From Enoplolaimus lenunculus (Eukaryota): DNA of 64,000 nt. The stretch is taken from positions 434,001 to 498,000 of the forward strand of contig JASANG010003345.1 in the NCBI GenBank assembly GCA_030248215.1. Reading direction: 5' to 3'. The stretch's first letter is position 1, and each line of letters opens with the position of its first letter. Below, piece after piece: positions 36,286 through 49,357 of the stretch. A program made the translations under genes and the position numbers. A model generated the notes under the pieces. That model saw only the letters and a list, made by a program, of their open reading frames with translations, was not told the origin of the DNA and searched no databases.

Positions 36286-37707
36286 ATGGTGACCCCGACT
36301 AGGAACCGTCAACATTTGTTTAGCGCCGCCCCAGTGTTTTTCTCAATCCTGGTTTCCGTGTTATCCGCGCTCGAGTTGCGTTCCGTTTCTTCGATCCACG
36401 CTGATCCCTCGACTGTTCGGGAACACTATGCCGAGTTACCGTGGGTCGTTACTCCGCCCCGCTATGCCTCGAGTTCAAGGGTATTCATGGTATCAATCGC
36501 AATCGGATTTTCCATCCGCGGAGTCCATGGCCTCGACAATCGTCAAGCCACGAGTTTACGGGTCCTCCTGTTGATCGGGTGCGTCGAACCGAACCCTGGC
36601 CCAGTCAATCTCTCACATCAAACGAAGGAAACGTTGGCGGGTATGCTCCGGGTACTACATGCGAGCGATCCATCATTCGCGGTCCCCGGAACAAAGGACG
36701 ACATCATCACAATGCTGAGCCCACATGGCCCCGATATCCTGCAGTTGGCATTCAATCAGGTCTCGATGGCGCATGTACAAGCCGCGTCCGTGCCGGCAGG
36801 TGGGCAACCGGGTCCAAACGGAATCGCTCAAGCGGGTTCGGGTGACACGATTCAATTCCATCGATTGCCGCAATTCAACCCAAAGACGCCCCAATGTTGG
36901 TTCAATCAAGTCGAACAAGTCCTCGGGGCAATCGACGATGACGTCAAGAAGCGAAACATACTACGGGTGATCGACAACGGTATGATTCACGAGTCAGGTG
37001 TCAACCTCAATGGGTCTTATGCCGAGATCAAACGAACCCTCATCGAGTTTTATGCCGACAGCGACAATCGAAGGCTGCGCAAGCTTTTAGAAGAAAAAGA
37101 CCTCAAAGGCCGCAAGCCCTCAAGTGCCCTCCGGGAACTGCTGGAACTGGCCCCAAACAGCCCCGAATTGGTCCGTCTACGCTTCCTCGAGATTCTTCCG
37201 GAACAAATCCGGCTCACCCTCGTATCAATGGACAGCGTTTCGCTTGACCAACTCGCACGAATCGCTGATGCAATGCTGGATATGGCCGATCCAAATCTGG
37301 TCAACCATATCAACCGTGAGCCCCAGTCATCATCAACCACATATGGGTTATGGCAATCCCCAACCTCGAACACAACCGGGTCCTGGAAAGCCTCATCCTC
37401 AACCGCATCCGGGTCTTGGCAATCCTCAATCGAAAAGCAGATCGCCGACTTGACAAAGGCCGTCCGCCAACTAACGAACAGAGATCGCTCCCGCGGTCGC
37501 AATTCACGGGTTCGGGCGAATGATCAAAACGGAGTCGGGCCACGCAATAGTCAACGCCCCCATTCGAGGTCCCAATCGGCCAGACGTTCAAGCGGGTTGT
37601 GTTGGTATCACTTCAAATTTGGCGACGAAGCCCAGCGATGCCCCGGTGCCGGATTTTGCTCATACGACGGACAGTCTTCAAGCAATGCCGCGTCGGGAAA
37701 CGGATAG
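36286..37707 (+). CDS. gag: Gag, unit 2 (intact, 2A-like motif at 36577-36603)
   Basis: Near-identical to unit 1 at +5246 offset. Confidence 0.9.
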   Translation: MVTPTRNRQHLFSAAPVFFSILVSVLSALELRSVSSIHADPSTVREHYAELPWVVTPPRYASSSRVFMVSIAIGFSIRGVHGLDNRQATSLRVLLLIGCVEPNPGPVNLSHQTKETLAGMLRVLHASDPSFAVPGTKDDIITMLSPHGPDILQLAFNQVSMAHVQAASVPAGGQPGPNGIAQAGSGDTIQFHRLPQFNPKTPQCWFNQVEQVLGAIDDDVKKRNILRVIDNGMIHESGVNLNGSYAEIKRTLIEFYADSDNRRLRKLLEEKDLKGRKPSSALRELLELAPNSPELVRLRFLEILPEQIRLTLVSMDSVSLDQLARIADAMLDMADPNLVNHINREPQSSSTTYGLWQSPTSNTTGSWKASSSTASGSWQSSIEKQIADLTKAVRQLTNRDRSRGRNSRVRANDQNGVGPRNSQRPHSRSQSARRSSGLCWYHFKFGDEAQRCPGAGFCSYDGQSSSNAASGNG

Positions 37708-40700
37708 ACCCCACCGCAAATTCAGATGGCGGTGGGGACATCAACTGCGTGTACATCGATGCTACCCCTGTCGGTCGTTTCATTGCCGATAGCGGGAGTG
37801 CCTTTTCCTTCATTCTGCCATCGATGGCGCTCAACATTCTACCTCTCCGTAATCAATCGTTCGGTGCGCATACCGCAAATGGGTCTCCCCTCAACATCAA
37901 GGGTACGTGCCGAATTCCATTCACGCTCCAGGGAATCCCGAAACCCTTCCAGTGGACGTTCTTCGTAGCCGATGTCACTAATCCTATCCTGAGTCGCGAT
38001 TTCCTCCGCCGCAACGGGTTTGCTGTCGATTGCGTCAACAACCGCCTAATCACCGTATCTCCTACAATGCCCCAGCGTCTCACGTCATCTTTCGGTCCCA
38101 CCGACGCAATGACGGTCAGCTGTGCGACGACTCAACCACCTTATCGAGTCAACATGCCTGAGCAACTTCCGACGGTCCAGCAGCTGTTCGCCGAGTTTCC
38201 GAACATCTTTAAACCGGTCGACGCCTTCGCTTCCGCCCGCCATAACATACAACATCATATCGTCACGGTGGGCCCACCCTGTTTCGAACGACCTCGTCGA
38301 ATCGTCGGTGCGAAACTCGCTGTCGCAAAAAGGGTCTTCGCGGAATGGGAAGCCAGTGGGGTCGTGTATCGAGGAGAATCACCTTACGCATCTGCCCTTC
38401 ATATGGCTCCAAAGGCAGATCCAAAGACACCATGGCGACCTACGGGAGATTACAGGAAGCTTAACCGACAAACCGTGCCCGACCGGTACCCGATGCCGAA
38501 CCTCAACGATTTGTCAGGCGATCTTCATGGGTCTGCGGTATTTTCAAGCTCATCTCGTTTGCGCGTACACCCAAATTCCGGTAGCTGTCAGTGATCAACC
38601 CAAGACTGCGGTAACAACTCCCTTCGGGCTTTTCCTTTTCCGGCGTATGTTTTTTGGATTTCGCAACGCCGCCCAAACGTTCCAACGTTTGATGGATTCG
38701 ATATTTGCCGACGTTCCGTTCGTCAGGGTATATCTTGACGATATTCTTGTCGCCAGCACCAATCCCGAGCAACATCTAGAACACCTTCGTTGTGTAATCA
38801 GCCGTCTGGATATGCATGGCCTCCGTCTGCGCCCCGACAAATGCTTGCTATTCAGCTCAAAGGTGCAGTTCCTTGGTGTTGAAATTGACAATACAGGAAT
38901 CCGACCAATTCCCGACAAAGTCAAGTCAATAGCAGAGTTCAAGCGACCAGAAACACTTAAAGGTGTCCGTCGTTTTCTTGGAATGGCAGGGTTCTATCAC
39001 CGATTTGTTCCCGGGTTCTCAAAAGTCGCCGCCCCGCTCACCGATTTGACACGCGGAAAGAAGGATAAAGGCAACTATAAAATTGAATGGAACGCCGACG
39101 CCATCAACGCCTTTGACAAACTCAAAGTCGCTCTCTCAAATGCTGTAACGCTGATTCACCCGCACCCAAAGGCCCAAATTCAGTTGGTGACAGATGCATC
39201 GAGTGTCGCTGTGGGTGCAGTCCTGAATCAAACACACAATGGAGTTACCGAGTCGCTTGCCTTTTATTCGAAAAGCTGTCCGAGCTGGATCCCGCAAATC
39301 AGCATTCGATCGTGAATTACTGGCGATTTACAAAGCCCTAAAGCATTTCTCGTGGTTACATGGTTCCACATTTGTCATCCGGACGGATCACAAGCCCTTG
39401 GTTCATGCTCTCGCTATGGCAAACTCGTCAGCACAACAATCCAGGTGGTTATCCTTCATTTCGGAGTTTGGTTGCAAATCGAACATGTAGCTGGCGCGGA
39501 CAATGTTGTTGCGGATGCCTTATCCCGGCCTGTGTGCTCAATTTCGGCAGCGTTCGATAACAAATAAAACCCTATATCAAAACCACACCTTAAGGGAGTT
39601 CCTGGCTCCATCTAGTCTCTCTTAGAACTTAACTTAGGCTTAGGCGTGGCTACAAAGCGTAGAAAATGTTAAAATCGATGTTATGGCGGCTGTGTCCGCA
39701 ATGTCAAACTTACCTGGGCCCTACGTGGCCATTGAATAATGTTGTATAATTGGTATAGCTGGATTTGCGGTTAACGACTTAGCTAGTCTAAGTCATCATG
39801 TCGTGAGTGTCCGACATGAGCGTGTTGTTGTTGTTGTTAGTACCGGATGTGTGGCTCTCGATCTCAACCGCATTGCGGACACCCAATTGTGGGTGTCGGC
39901 AAAAATGCAATTGAGGTCGAGATGCCGATTTGGGTAGCCAGGACCGGAATCAGTCTTGGTTTTGTTTTCCTACAAATCGGTTGGCTTTTATTGGTTGGCG
40001 GTGAGCGTTTATTTTTACATTGCTTCTTGAATTTTGGCTTGCGTTTGGAAATTTTAATAAGTAAGGTCGAACTGAAGTAATTTAAGATTGTCACGGTGGC
40101 ATAAGCATGTGAAGGAAACTACGGGATATCGGTTTAATCGGCGTTGCGCAAGGCGCGGTATCACCCAGTATAGAATACTGGTGGCATGTGTTAAAGGAAA
40201 CTTGGGGTATTAAAGGAAACCTGGGAAAAAGTAGTCTAATAAATCTAACGGGGTTAGATTTATTATTCTACAACGGCTGGGCCAAATCTAACGGGGTTAG
40301 ATTGGTCGGAAATTTGGTGTAACTCTAACGGGGTTAGAGTACACGGTTTAATGGGGTGTAATTCTAACGGGGTTAGAATTGCACGGATTCTGGAAAACGG
40401 CAAAAGTATTGGGTACGGTAAAGCCAGTGGCTGGATTAAATCAGATTCAGACGTCGGCTTTAAGGATTCCGGCTCGGGTTACCAGTTAAATTGCATAACC
40501 TGTGATTTGCTGGCCTTAATTTTGGGTATTTTGTGTCATACGGGTTGCGGGTTGGGATTATAATAAACATTTACCGGCCGCGTTTTACTAAATCAGAGCG
40601 ATACGCATACATCGAGGAAAGAACTATACAGGCGATACAGGATACAGGCTTAAGTCTAAATCACGAACTTCTCACAGACTGGTCTTGGCTAAAGTCAGAA

Positions 40701-40984
40701 ATTGGCCTCAATGGCCAGCGATAATCATCTCACCTGAATCAACACCGCTAGCGACCAGCAAACGCCCTCCGAACAGCCTCCCTGTCAAGTTCTTCGGCAC
40801 CAATCGCCTGGCATTCGTCCCGATGTCTGCAATAAAGCCTTTCCAGGACGACTCTACAGTAAAACGAAAAGATCTTCAACGTGCATACGCGCTAGCACAG
40901 CAACACATAACGCAGAGGCTGCCGCATCCGAATATGGTCAAACAGAAGACAGTCCGTTTTCAAGATCCAATGGTAACATTATAG
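37695..40984 (+). pseudogene. pol: Pol, unit 2: PR intact, RT/RH frameshifted, integrase replaced by foreign sequence 39565-40675, PWWP tail 40676-40984 retained
   Basis: Five 1-bp deletions relative to unit 1 (two near 38545-38552, one each near 39268, 39289, 39476). Homology to unit 1 stops at 39564 and resumes at 40676. Confidence 0.85.
39565..40675. other. 1111-bp non-homologous, G/T-rich, hairpin-dense segment replacing integrase
   Basis: No similarity to unit 1 on either strand; multiple stem-loops including four TCTAACGGGGTTAGA cores. Confidence 0.8.
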
Positions 40985-41010
40985 GGCTCCGCTTAAAACG
41001 AGGGGGCCTC

Positions 41011-41452
41011 TGTACGACTGCCATGTGCATCCCATGCTTCTCTGTACATTGTGACGTGTACGTATGACGTGTTGAACAAATAAACAAACACGTCAATACA
41101 GTCAAACAACCAATGATAGATCTGCAACACATGATTTGTAGCAGTCTCAACAAATAGGATTGCGGCACGTATGCGGTTACTTGGAACAACCATTAAGAAT
41201 GCTGCAACACTAAATCAAGCAGCAACCAATAATCGTTATCTTCTAGAATGATCCGTGAGGGCTATAAAAGTCCAGTAAAAACTTTGACATTAGTTAGTGT
41301 TTCGTTTTTCGTTTATTCGCAATTGTTGCTTTACCATCCTCGTTTGTTTCAATAAAATCCTTGTTTCATTCAACTGTTCGTTTCGTTCCGGTTTACGACT
41401 TACAGGTCTTGTTTCATTCAACTGTTCGTTTCATTCCGGTTTACGACTTACA
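41011..41452 (+). repeat. LTR 3
   Basis: TGTACG...TTACA, preceded by a PPT and followed by the AGTA TSD. Confidence 0.95.
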
Positions 41453-43330
41453 AGTATTTATATATCGCCAATCAAAGTTCGTAAATGGATAGTGTCCAGA
41501 AATCTTAACTTTGACCCGAATGGTCAATTATTGTCACTACAGTACGACAAAATTAAAATTTTTTTTACTTCGGGATCCAGCCAGTCTTATATTTATTTTT
41601 CACTAAAAATACAAAAATATTTCGTTGTCTTAATTTAAAATCGAAGCTAACAATGGTTCATAAAAAAACTAACAATATATTTTTCAATTAAACTTATTGT
41701 TTCCATGCAAGCAATACCGTTGCATGAATAAAAAATATCCAATGCACAAATCCCAATCGATTCAAAACAGAATTGGAAATAAAATCTCTTAAGCTCCATA
41801 CATATTTGGTTTCAACCAGTTTCGCTGTGTCACGGGTTTGCTGCTTTCTCCCTAACCTTTCATGCGATTACTGTATACAACATAAAGCCTAAAGTCTTAG
41901 GGAGTCCCGCGGAAATAAAGATGGTTCGCCTCTGAAACTAACTTGTGCCTCATATTGAATAATCTTCTCGTTTGCAGTCCGCTTTCTATGATTACTAAAC
42001 TGCTTCAGTGTTCTAATCAATAACCTTGCTCACACATGTAGGCGTTATGTTAAACTCAAGCCAAGTGCGTAGCTAGGATTTTATTTCGCGCAAGCATAAA
42101 CCACATTCAATAGATTTTTTCTAGTGAGAAAATTTTTTTCAACCTTTGCTAGCAACTATTCTACAATCTGTAAAATTACCTTTCATAGAAATCCCGCAGA
42201 AATTTCGTGGGATATATCATCGTTATCCCACCCCATTGCATACGTCACTGCCCTACGTATCAACGGCGATTTGTTTATTCGCTGTGTAGGCGTAGGTATA
42301 TCGCAACACAGTCGGTTGCTGTTCGCTAAAAACTTTCACAAGTTTGCGTCACAAATTGGTATACTTTGGACTGCACACACCAGGAAAGATTCAAGTTACC
42401 AGTTTATATTTTATAATGAAGTAAAGTGCAAAACTATTGAATTTTTATTTTTATCAAAGAATCGAGTTACGACTTTGTTTTTTCAAAATATTTACCATAT
42501 GGACATTATCTTCCCACGAATAAAATGTACGCCACTTGAGCGAAGCAAAATTCGTTTCGTTATGTAGAATAGCCGTATTTTAATATATTTTTCATTTGTT
42601 AATTTTATTAACTACAGCTGAAATCGGCATTACATTATAAACACTACAAATGATGGCATTTGACAAGAATTGGTGTGTTTTTCAATATAAAATTCGTTTC
42701 AACGTTTACAATTCCCTTCTTTTTTAGAATTGGTGCTATTTTTGTTATGTTTTTGAATATAAATTTCGTTCCCAAGTTTAAAATTGCCTTTTTTCTTCAT
42801 ATTGTTAACTAGAGCCTTTATTCTCTGCTGGTGCTGATGATAATTGCGATAGACCCTTTCTCAAATGAAGACGTTTAAGGCCGCGGCTGGGTCGAGCATC
42901 AAGCTTCTACAGCTTAATGGTGTTGGTAAACGCGTCTTACACGTGTGGTTGCAATTCCAGTCATGGCTTGAAATTATTTCTTCTATTCGAAATAGTCAAC
43001 AGTTATGTGAGAGCGGGTTTGAATGCGTTTCTTGGGTTGCATATCAATGCTGTGCTTTAGTGCTCCCATATCCCCAGTTGTGGGTCGGTTTAAAAAGGAA
43101 CCGGTGGTTGGAAAACAAAATCAATTTAAAAACTCTATTGGATCCAAAAATACAGTATTTTGAAAAGTTTCGATACACAAAATGCGCCTGACTTCTCGCT
43201 CGCATGGCTCGCGAACTTGACTAAGTATGGACTCATGTAAAATATATTGTCTCAAAATCAACCTATGCTTTTTACAGTTGATTTTATACATTGGCAGATC
43301 TAAAGGACATTTCTGCACATCGGATCCTAC

Positions 43331-43680
43331 ACTGGATCCGAGCAAACTCAAATTTTGTTTTAAAATCTAACACTAAAATTACGTCTGGCTTCTTGCTCGT
43401 TTCGCTCGCGAAGTTTTCTTTGCTCAATTTCTGTTTAATCATTGATTTCGTCGACACAAACCAAACTGACTGGATCCCAGCAAACTCAAATTTTGTTTTA
43501 AAATCTAATACTAAAATTACGTCTGGCTTCTTGCTCGTTTCGCTCGCGAAGTTTTTTTCTTTATTCAATTTCTATTTTAATCATTGATTTCCTCGACACA
43601 AACCAAACTCGAGTTCTGTACTGAAGTTTAAAATAACAAAATATCGTGTGTCTAATCTTCTCGTTTGTTTTGCTTGCGAA
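43331..43680. repeat. 138-bp tandem repeat, two full copies plus a degenerate third
   Basis: Units start at 43331 and 43469; the TCTGGCTTCT..CTCGTTTCGCT motif recurs in dispersed repeats at ~12811-12990 (inverted) and ~47820-48017. Confidence 0.85.
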
Positions 43681-43863
43681 AATTGTTTCAATTTCAACTG
43701 GTGCTCACGTGAGGATGCGAATTGGTGCGGTTAACTTAAACTCGGTCCGTGAAAATTAAGAGAGATTTCAAAAGTTTTCCTGAGCCTGGGAGCCAACTCG
43801 GGGGTCGGTCAAACTCAGATCAGCCGAGTAACAACCATTAAAATACCATTGTTAAATAGCTTA

Positions 43864-44311
43864 CTGTATTGACCCGAATAAGAGGGGGGTAATAAGAGAG
43901 GGTGGTTGCCATTTTGAGTCCGAATCAATAGGAGTCCGTATCGCTAATAAGAGTCCGTAAGCTGATAGAGCCCTAAACACTAATTACAGTCCATAAATGT
44001 CAATTATCCCTAATTGTAGCGCATAAATGACTCCGGGATCAAATAATTTGAGTTCGAAACTTTAAAGCGTACTTAAATTTTAAAAGTGCATTCCTAAGTA
44101 TATACTTGTATTTATTGCTTAAGCTACTGACACAAGACAAATAATCGTTTAATTCAACGGATAATTGCAGTACCGGATATATATCAGTAAACGAAGGGCG
44201 GCGGAGCGTGGGTTAAAAATAAATAACAGTCCGTAACCGAATAACAAGGGGGGGTACCCTCTCAAGAGGCCAAATAAATATAAATCCCCCGTCTTGTTCG
44301 GGTCACTACAG
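43864..44311. mobile_element. TA-flanked Tc1/mariner (Tc2/pogo-like) MITE family (~450 bp); other copies 4321-5021, 5427-~5781, 8320-8967, 14208-14490, 28499-28765, 55849-~56071, ~62010-62220, 62299-~62700
   Basis: TIR CTGTA(G/T)TGACCCGAATAAGAGG; TA on both flanks; shared internal sequence across copies. Confidence 0.85.
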
Positions 44312-47300
44312 TATCTCTAGTTTGGGAATATATCGTTTGCTGAAGTTAATCCGTAGAGAGTCTGTTAATAGTAACTTTTCGGAAAACCTTTTAGGTAAAA
44401 TACAGCAGCACTTTCGTGTATACTTTTTCTTGGCCCGCCTTTACTGATGCTTTATTATGGAGTTGTTGACGACCACAATTACGGAGAAATGAGACAATAA
44501 GGAAAACTGTCAACCTTGAACCGTTTTGTTTGCTCTATCCATGCCAACAAATAATATTGACAGCATCAGGAAATTTCATAAGAATATTTCTTTCTGTGCC
44601 CTCTACGAATCTGTATACTCGCGGTTTTTACTAAAAACTTTTTAATTTTCGCGCACGGTATCTATGTTCCTCGACGCAAACAACTGCAAATACTTTAGTT
44701 CAACCGACGAATATCTGATACGATTACCAATGACGCAAGTGTGTTGCCAGATCGAAGTTTACGCACCATAATAAACAAAGCTGTTTTATCACAGTTTTAT
44801 TCCATGAAATATATACACCTGTACAAATTAGAATATAGTGAAAAATATGTTTTGCCATATTATATTAATTAGCAATTAAAATAAAATTTGCGGTTTGAAC
44901 TTTACAGATCATTGTTATTATAAGTCACATCGCACGAAATACTGCGAAGGAAAGCTACGATATTTTGCTACAAGAAAGCTATCAGTTTGCTGTACTGGCT
45001 AGCATCAAGAACTCAAATTTAGTAAATGTTAGATTTTTACAATGTTTTCATTCTACCGCTACTGATATGCACTCGTATACGACTTATGAATTGCAAAGCG
45101 TTTGAAACAATTTGCAATTTGCCAACTGCGACTGTGAGAATGCAAAGTGCAAACTGTTATCAAACATCGGTCGGCATTTTATGTCAAAAATGAGTTCGAT
45201 TTCGAAATTTTTTTGCATGTTTGGGTTTTTGCTGCCACTGGCTATTCCGCACTAAGCGTTGAGTTTGAAGAATTCGATTGTTTATGTCTGTCGTCGGGTT
45301 GTTTTCTTCAAAAGCCGAAAAAACTGGCTTAAAAACTTGTCAGCTTTATACGTAGATATTCAAACGATAATAATGTTTTTATCTATTTTCACAGGCAGAG
45401 TTACGAGTTGTGCCATGTGAGATAATTGTTTTGGCACATTGTCAAACCCTCAGGGAGCAAAACAGTTATTTGATAATTGACTTCTGAATGAGTTTTTAAA
45501 CGACTAACTTCGTGATTTTACAATGCCTGATTAGCACGTAAAACTCAATGAAAGCGATAAATATATATGTATACATACATATACACACATATATATACAT
45601 ATATCAGGATTCAACCGTTATTCTTGTTCCGGCCGGAATTCCTGCAAAAATTCAATTCCTGTTCCTGTTCCTGTGCAACCCGAATTTTTTACGGTTTTGT
45701 GCACATTATTCATAATCATTTAAAAATTTAAAACATTGTCTCTAAGAAATTTTATTTCTAAATGAGTTTTTGCAATTAGTTCAATTTTTCGTTAATAAAC
45801 TGTTTGGTTAAAAATCTGACGTTGTTTCGCAAAACTTTATAATGAAATAGCTCAAAATTTGGTTAAACCATTTTTTGATAAGTTTTCTCAAAAATACTCA
45901 ATTGCAGTTCGGTGATAAAAATATCTGTACTTCCGGTTCCTGTTTCTGTTCCGGTTCCTGCACACAAATTCAGTTTCTATGTCCTTGACAAATGTATTTT
46001 TATTAATAACTCTACGATAGCTGAGATTTAAGCAAACAGGACCTCAAGTATAAACTTAAAGCAATATTGACAAGTTTTAAAGAGTAATTCAAGACAATAG
46101 GAAAATTGCGTCCGCTAGCACATTTTATTTGGCATTTGGCACGGTGTTCTGAAGTCATCTTGGTTGTATACAAAACATTATACTTAAATTTTGCGTATGT
46201 AAGTTGTGATAATCGTGCAGTGGTGATCATTAATAATAGATTTTTGGCTCATGTTTCCAAATAAACTTATTAACAATGGTTACGTCGTGCTGAGCTGAAC
46301 AAATTCATGACGCAGCTATATTCGTCATTAATATCTCAAAATCTAATTGTTTACGCAAACGAATGGCAACTTTTCAATGAACATAAATATATTTTTAGTT
46401 AAACATATTCTAATAATAGACTTATTAATTCGACTAGTGAATGAACAGTATTGCTCCTAATCAGATATATTGTTGCTGTTGAGATAAACGTGAAAACTTT
46501 CTAAAAATAGGCTTCATATTATTGTGAGCGTGTCCTGCAACCATTTGTGCCAGTTTTGGCACCTATCTGGTTTAATTTCTTATCTTAACCTGTTTATAGT
46601 ATCACTATGTTAACTTTAGTTGATTTTACTGCAAAGGCCAGATTTACTAGAATTTCCACGTCAGCAGCTGTGAACCTGAAAATTTTCAACCTAGAAACAA
46701 TATCTTAGATAAAGTTTTTACCAAAATTCCTTCATGTATAACTTAATAGGAGCGGATCGTTTTTTGCAGGACTGCAATAGAGTAAACTTAAGCTTTAGAT
46801 AAATTTTTGCGCTCGTGCTCAAGTTTAGACCTATGTTTAGTTCAGTTATAACGTGTGTTCTAACGCACAATTATGTCTATTAACGTATTTATTAAATATT
46901 GTTTTCCAAATCAGTTGTCAAATAATACATAAATTTTTAGTGGCAACACACAGGTGACTATCTGAAAATATATCCATAGGACGGACCTATAAATAACGGA
47001 CTCACGTCGCAAAAGTTGAGATTAATTTCAGTTTATAAAGTAACCATTCGAAAAACAGGCCAATGTATAGAACACGGCCGTAACCGTAGTACAACCGTAT
47101 TCCTAAGCCTAAATCCAAGCCTAAGCCTAAGTCAATGCCTAAACGAAAAAATTAGTTGAACACTATAACTCAACAGATTATATCGCTAAACGCCTTATGG
47201 CAAAAATGGATATAGTCTAATCCAACTGTTAACAAATTTATTTCAGCCTATTTGTAGGCTAAAACTGGTTACTTGGAGAAAAATGAACTACTGAACCAGT

Positions 47301-49357
47301 TTAGCGATGTTATATTCAGATTGAGTTGCAACTAAAAAAAGGTTAACACTTTGCGAAAATATTAAATTGTTGGGTTTGACGAAAGGTGAATGCTAACAAC
47401 CTACGGCATCGTTTGAAGTTTTATTAATTAACAACATTTGTTCACGTTATGTATGCAAATTTGCATTGCGATGCAAACTTTAGATGCGAACAAAATGTTT
47501 CGTAATTAATTTGTGACTAAATTTAGAAAAATATTTACATAAATCAAGCAAGAAAATTCCGAAAAGGACAGTTATTAAATCAATGTTCATACCATTTCTT
47601 CGAAATTAATTTTATGATGGTTATAATTTCAAACCGTCTAAAACACACAGAACCGTTTTAGGGTTGCGCTATACTTTTTGACTATTTGAATGCAGGTCGG
47701 CGTTGTTGTCCGGTAAACGGTTGGCACCGGTCACCATCGTACGGCAACGCGTATGAATTGAAGCATGACACCGAATAAACAATTTCTAAACAATTTTTTT
47801 TCAGCTCGTGATATTGCCAGAAAAGTGTAAGCCCTCCCCCCGTACCCCCATTTGGGGGAGCCCAAAACCTAAAGGGGCTCCCACCGTAACCGGTTGGAAA
47901 CGAAACCACCGAAGTTTTGAAATGCGTCTGGCTTCTCGCTCGTTTCGCTTGCGAGTTTAGGGAACCCCGCACCTGGAGTTTGGGGTTGAGCTTACACTCC
48001 TGCCTGCTCCGGTACTGGAATTTGCCAACGGGCTATGATTGTAGAAAAGAGTACGTTTTGTAGTTCTACAGTACCTCATCGCCTGGACAGAAGCCAATCA
48101 TACGTGAATTTATAGTAAAATGTTAGTAAAATGGTTTGGCCATTTATGGCAAAACGATGACGTTTTAAAACGCGATTATTGCGATAAGAAGCTTAAAACA
48201 CTAGCAATAAAGTTTGTGAAACTTTAATATTAATATGTTTATGTCAGTTGTGAAATGATTCTCTTGATTCGGACTTGGGGACAAAAACAGCCTTTGTTTA
48301 CAAGTTTTTGGAAAACCTCAGACCACAGCCAGAAAAAAATATAAATATTGAGATTTTTTTCAGTTTCAATAAAAACTGTGGCTTGGTACAAAACTGAAAT
48401 TCAATTCCAGAAAAAAATTCGAATCTTACATACGTAAAATTTTCGTGTTCTGAAATCGATCTAAATTTTCAATCAATGAAAATCACTCAACGCGTTTTTA
48501 TTAATTGAATAAAATTTCAATTCCAAACCACGCAAGTTAAAACAATGGCCTGTTTAATTAATTGAACAACAGTGTGAAAGTGTAGCCAGCGTTCGTTGAA
48601 TTGAATTTTGCTTCAGTTTTTATATCGCACAAACGATGTCAATATATAGTGAATGATAACTTTTAAAAAGTCCCCGAAATTTATTTCTCAAGTATTTTAA
48701 AATTTAAAATTGAATGCCAATCAGTTTGCTTATTAACAGAACAAGTAGAAATTGCAGCTGCAATGTTGCTTCAAAAACCCGTGCACGTATGAATGGTGCG
48801 TTGAAATGTCGAGTTGAACCGCCCAATACTTGTAGATAAAACGGTTTTCGCCTGAATTTCAAGTCTGTGAAATGTATAATTTTAATGGTAAACACGATTT
48901 TTATGACAAATATTCATTAATAAATTTATTTACCATTTTTGTAAGTGATTAGGGGTAACAGCATTCGCTGGATATGATAACATAAGATAAACTGAAAACT
49001 GTTACTTATCTTCATTGTAGGTACATGCTTACTTCTTAGGGTCATTCCATTTTTACACACGGGACTCTAAAAAAGTGTTAGGCTTGGACATGGTGTTTTT
49101 GCGTAAGTTTAATACTTGATTTACCTAAATTTATGGTTACGATGTCGCTGAAGCTTTTCGCTTTGGGCTTACACTTAGGAATATACTTCGGTGTGTTCCT
49201 AATATGGCCCTTAAAGTAAATATTGGTTCTAGATTTTTATTTGATTGCATTTGTTCAGAAACGAATCGTCTGTATTAATACTTGGAACAACTTAATGTAT
49301 TAAATGAAATAAATTTATTTATTTAACATTTCAAGTCATTACAAGACTTTGTATGAT

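Larger units (their letters stand above)
30598..41452 (+). mobile_element. Ty3/Gypsy LTR retrotransposon (CsRN1-clade-like), tandem dimer with three shared LTRs
   Basis: Three near-identical 442-bp LTRs; AGTA TSD at 30594-30597 and 41453-41456; tRNA-Trp PBS; CHCC-type Gag motif (CWYH-x9-C-x5-C); PR-RT-RH-IN domain order. Confidence 0.95.

Noticed and set aside
39633..39645. CTTAGGCTTAGGC in the insert as a telomerase RNA template (minus strand)
   Set aside because: TTAGGC tracts are ubiquitous here through MITEs, and G-U pairs favour folding of the opposite strand; no other support.
40231..40384. Repeat-spacer pattern resembling a mini CRISPR array
   Set aside because: The core is only 15 nt, the 'spacers' are largely the paired outer stems, there are no cas genes, and the context is eukaryotic.
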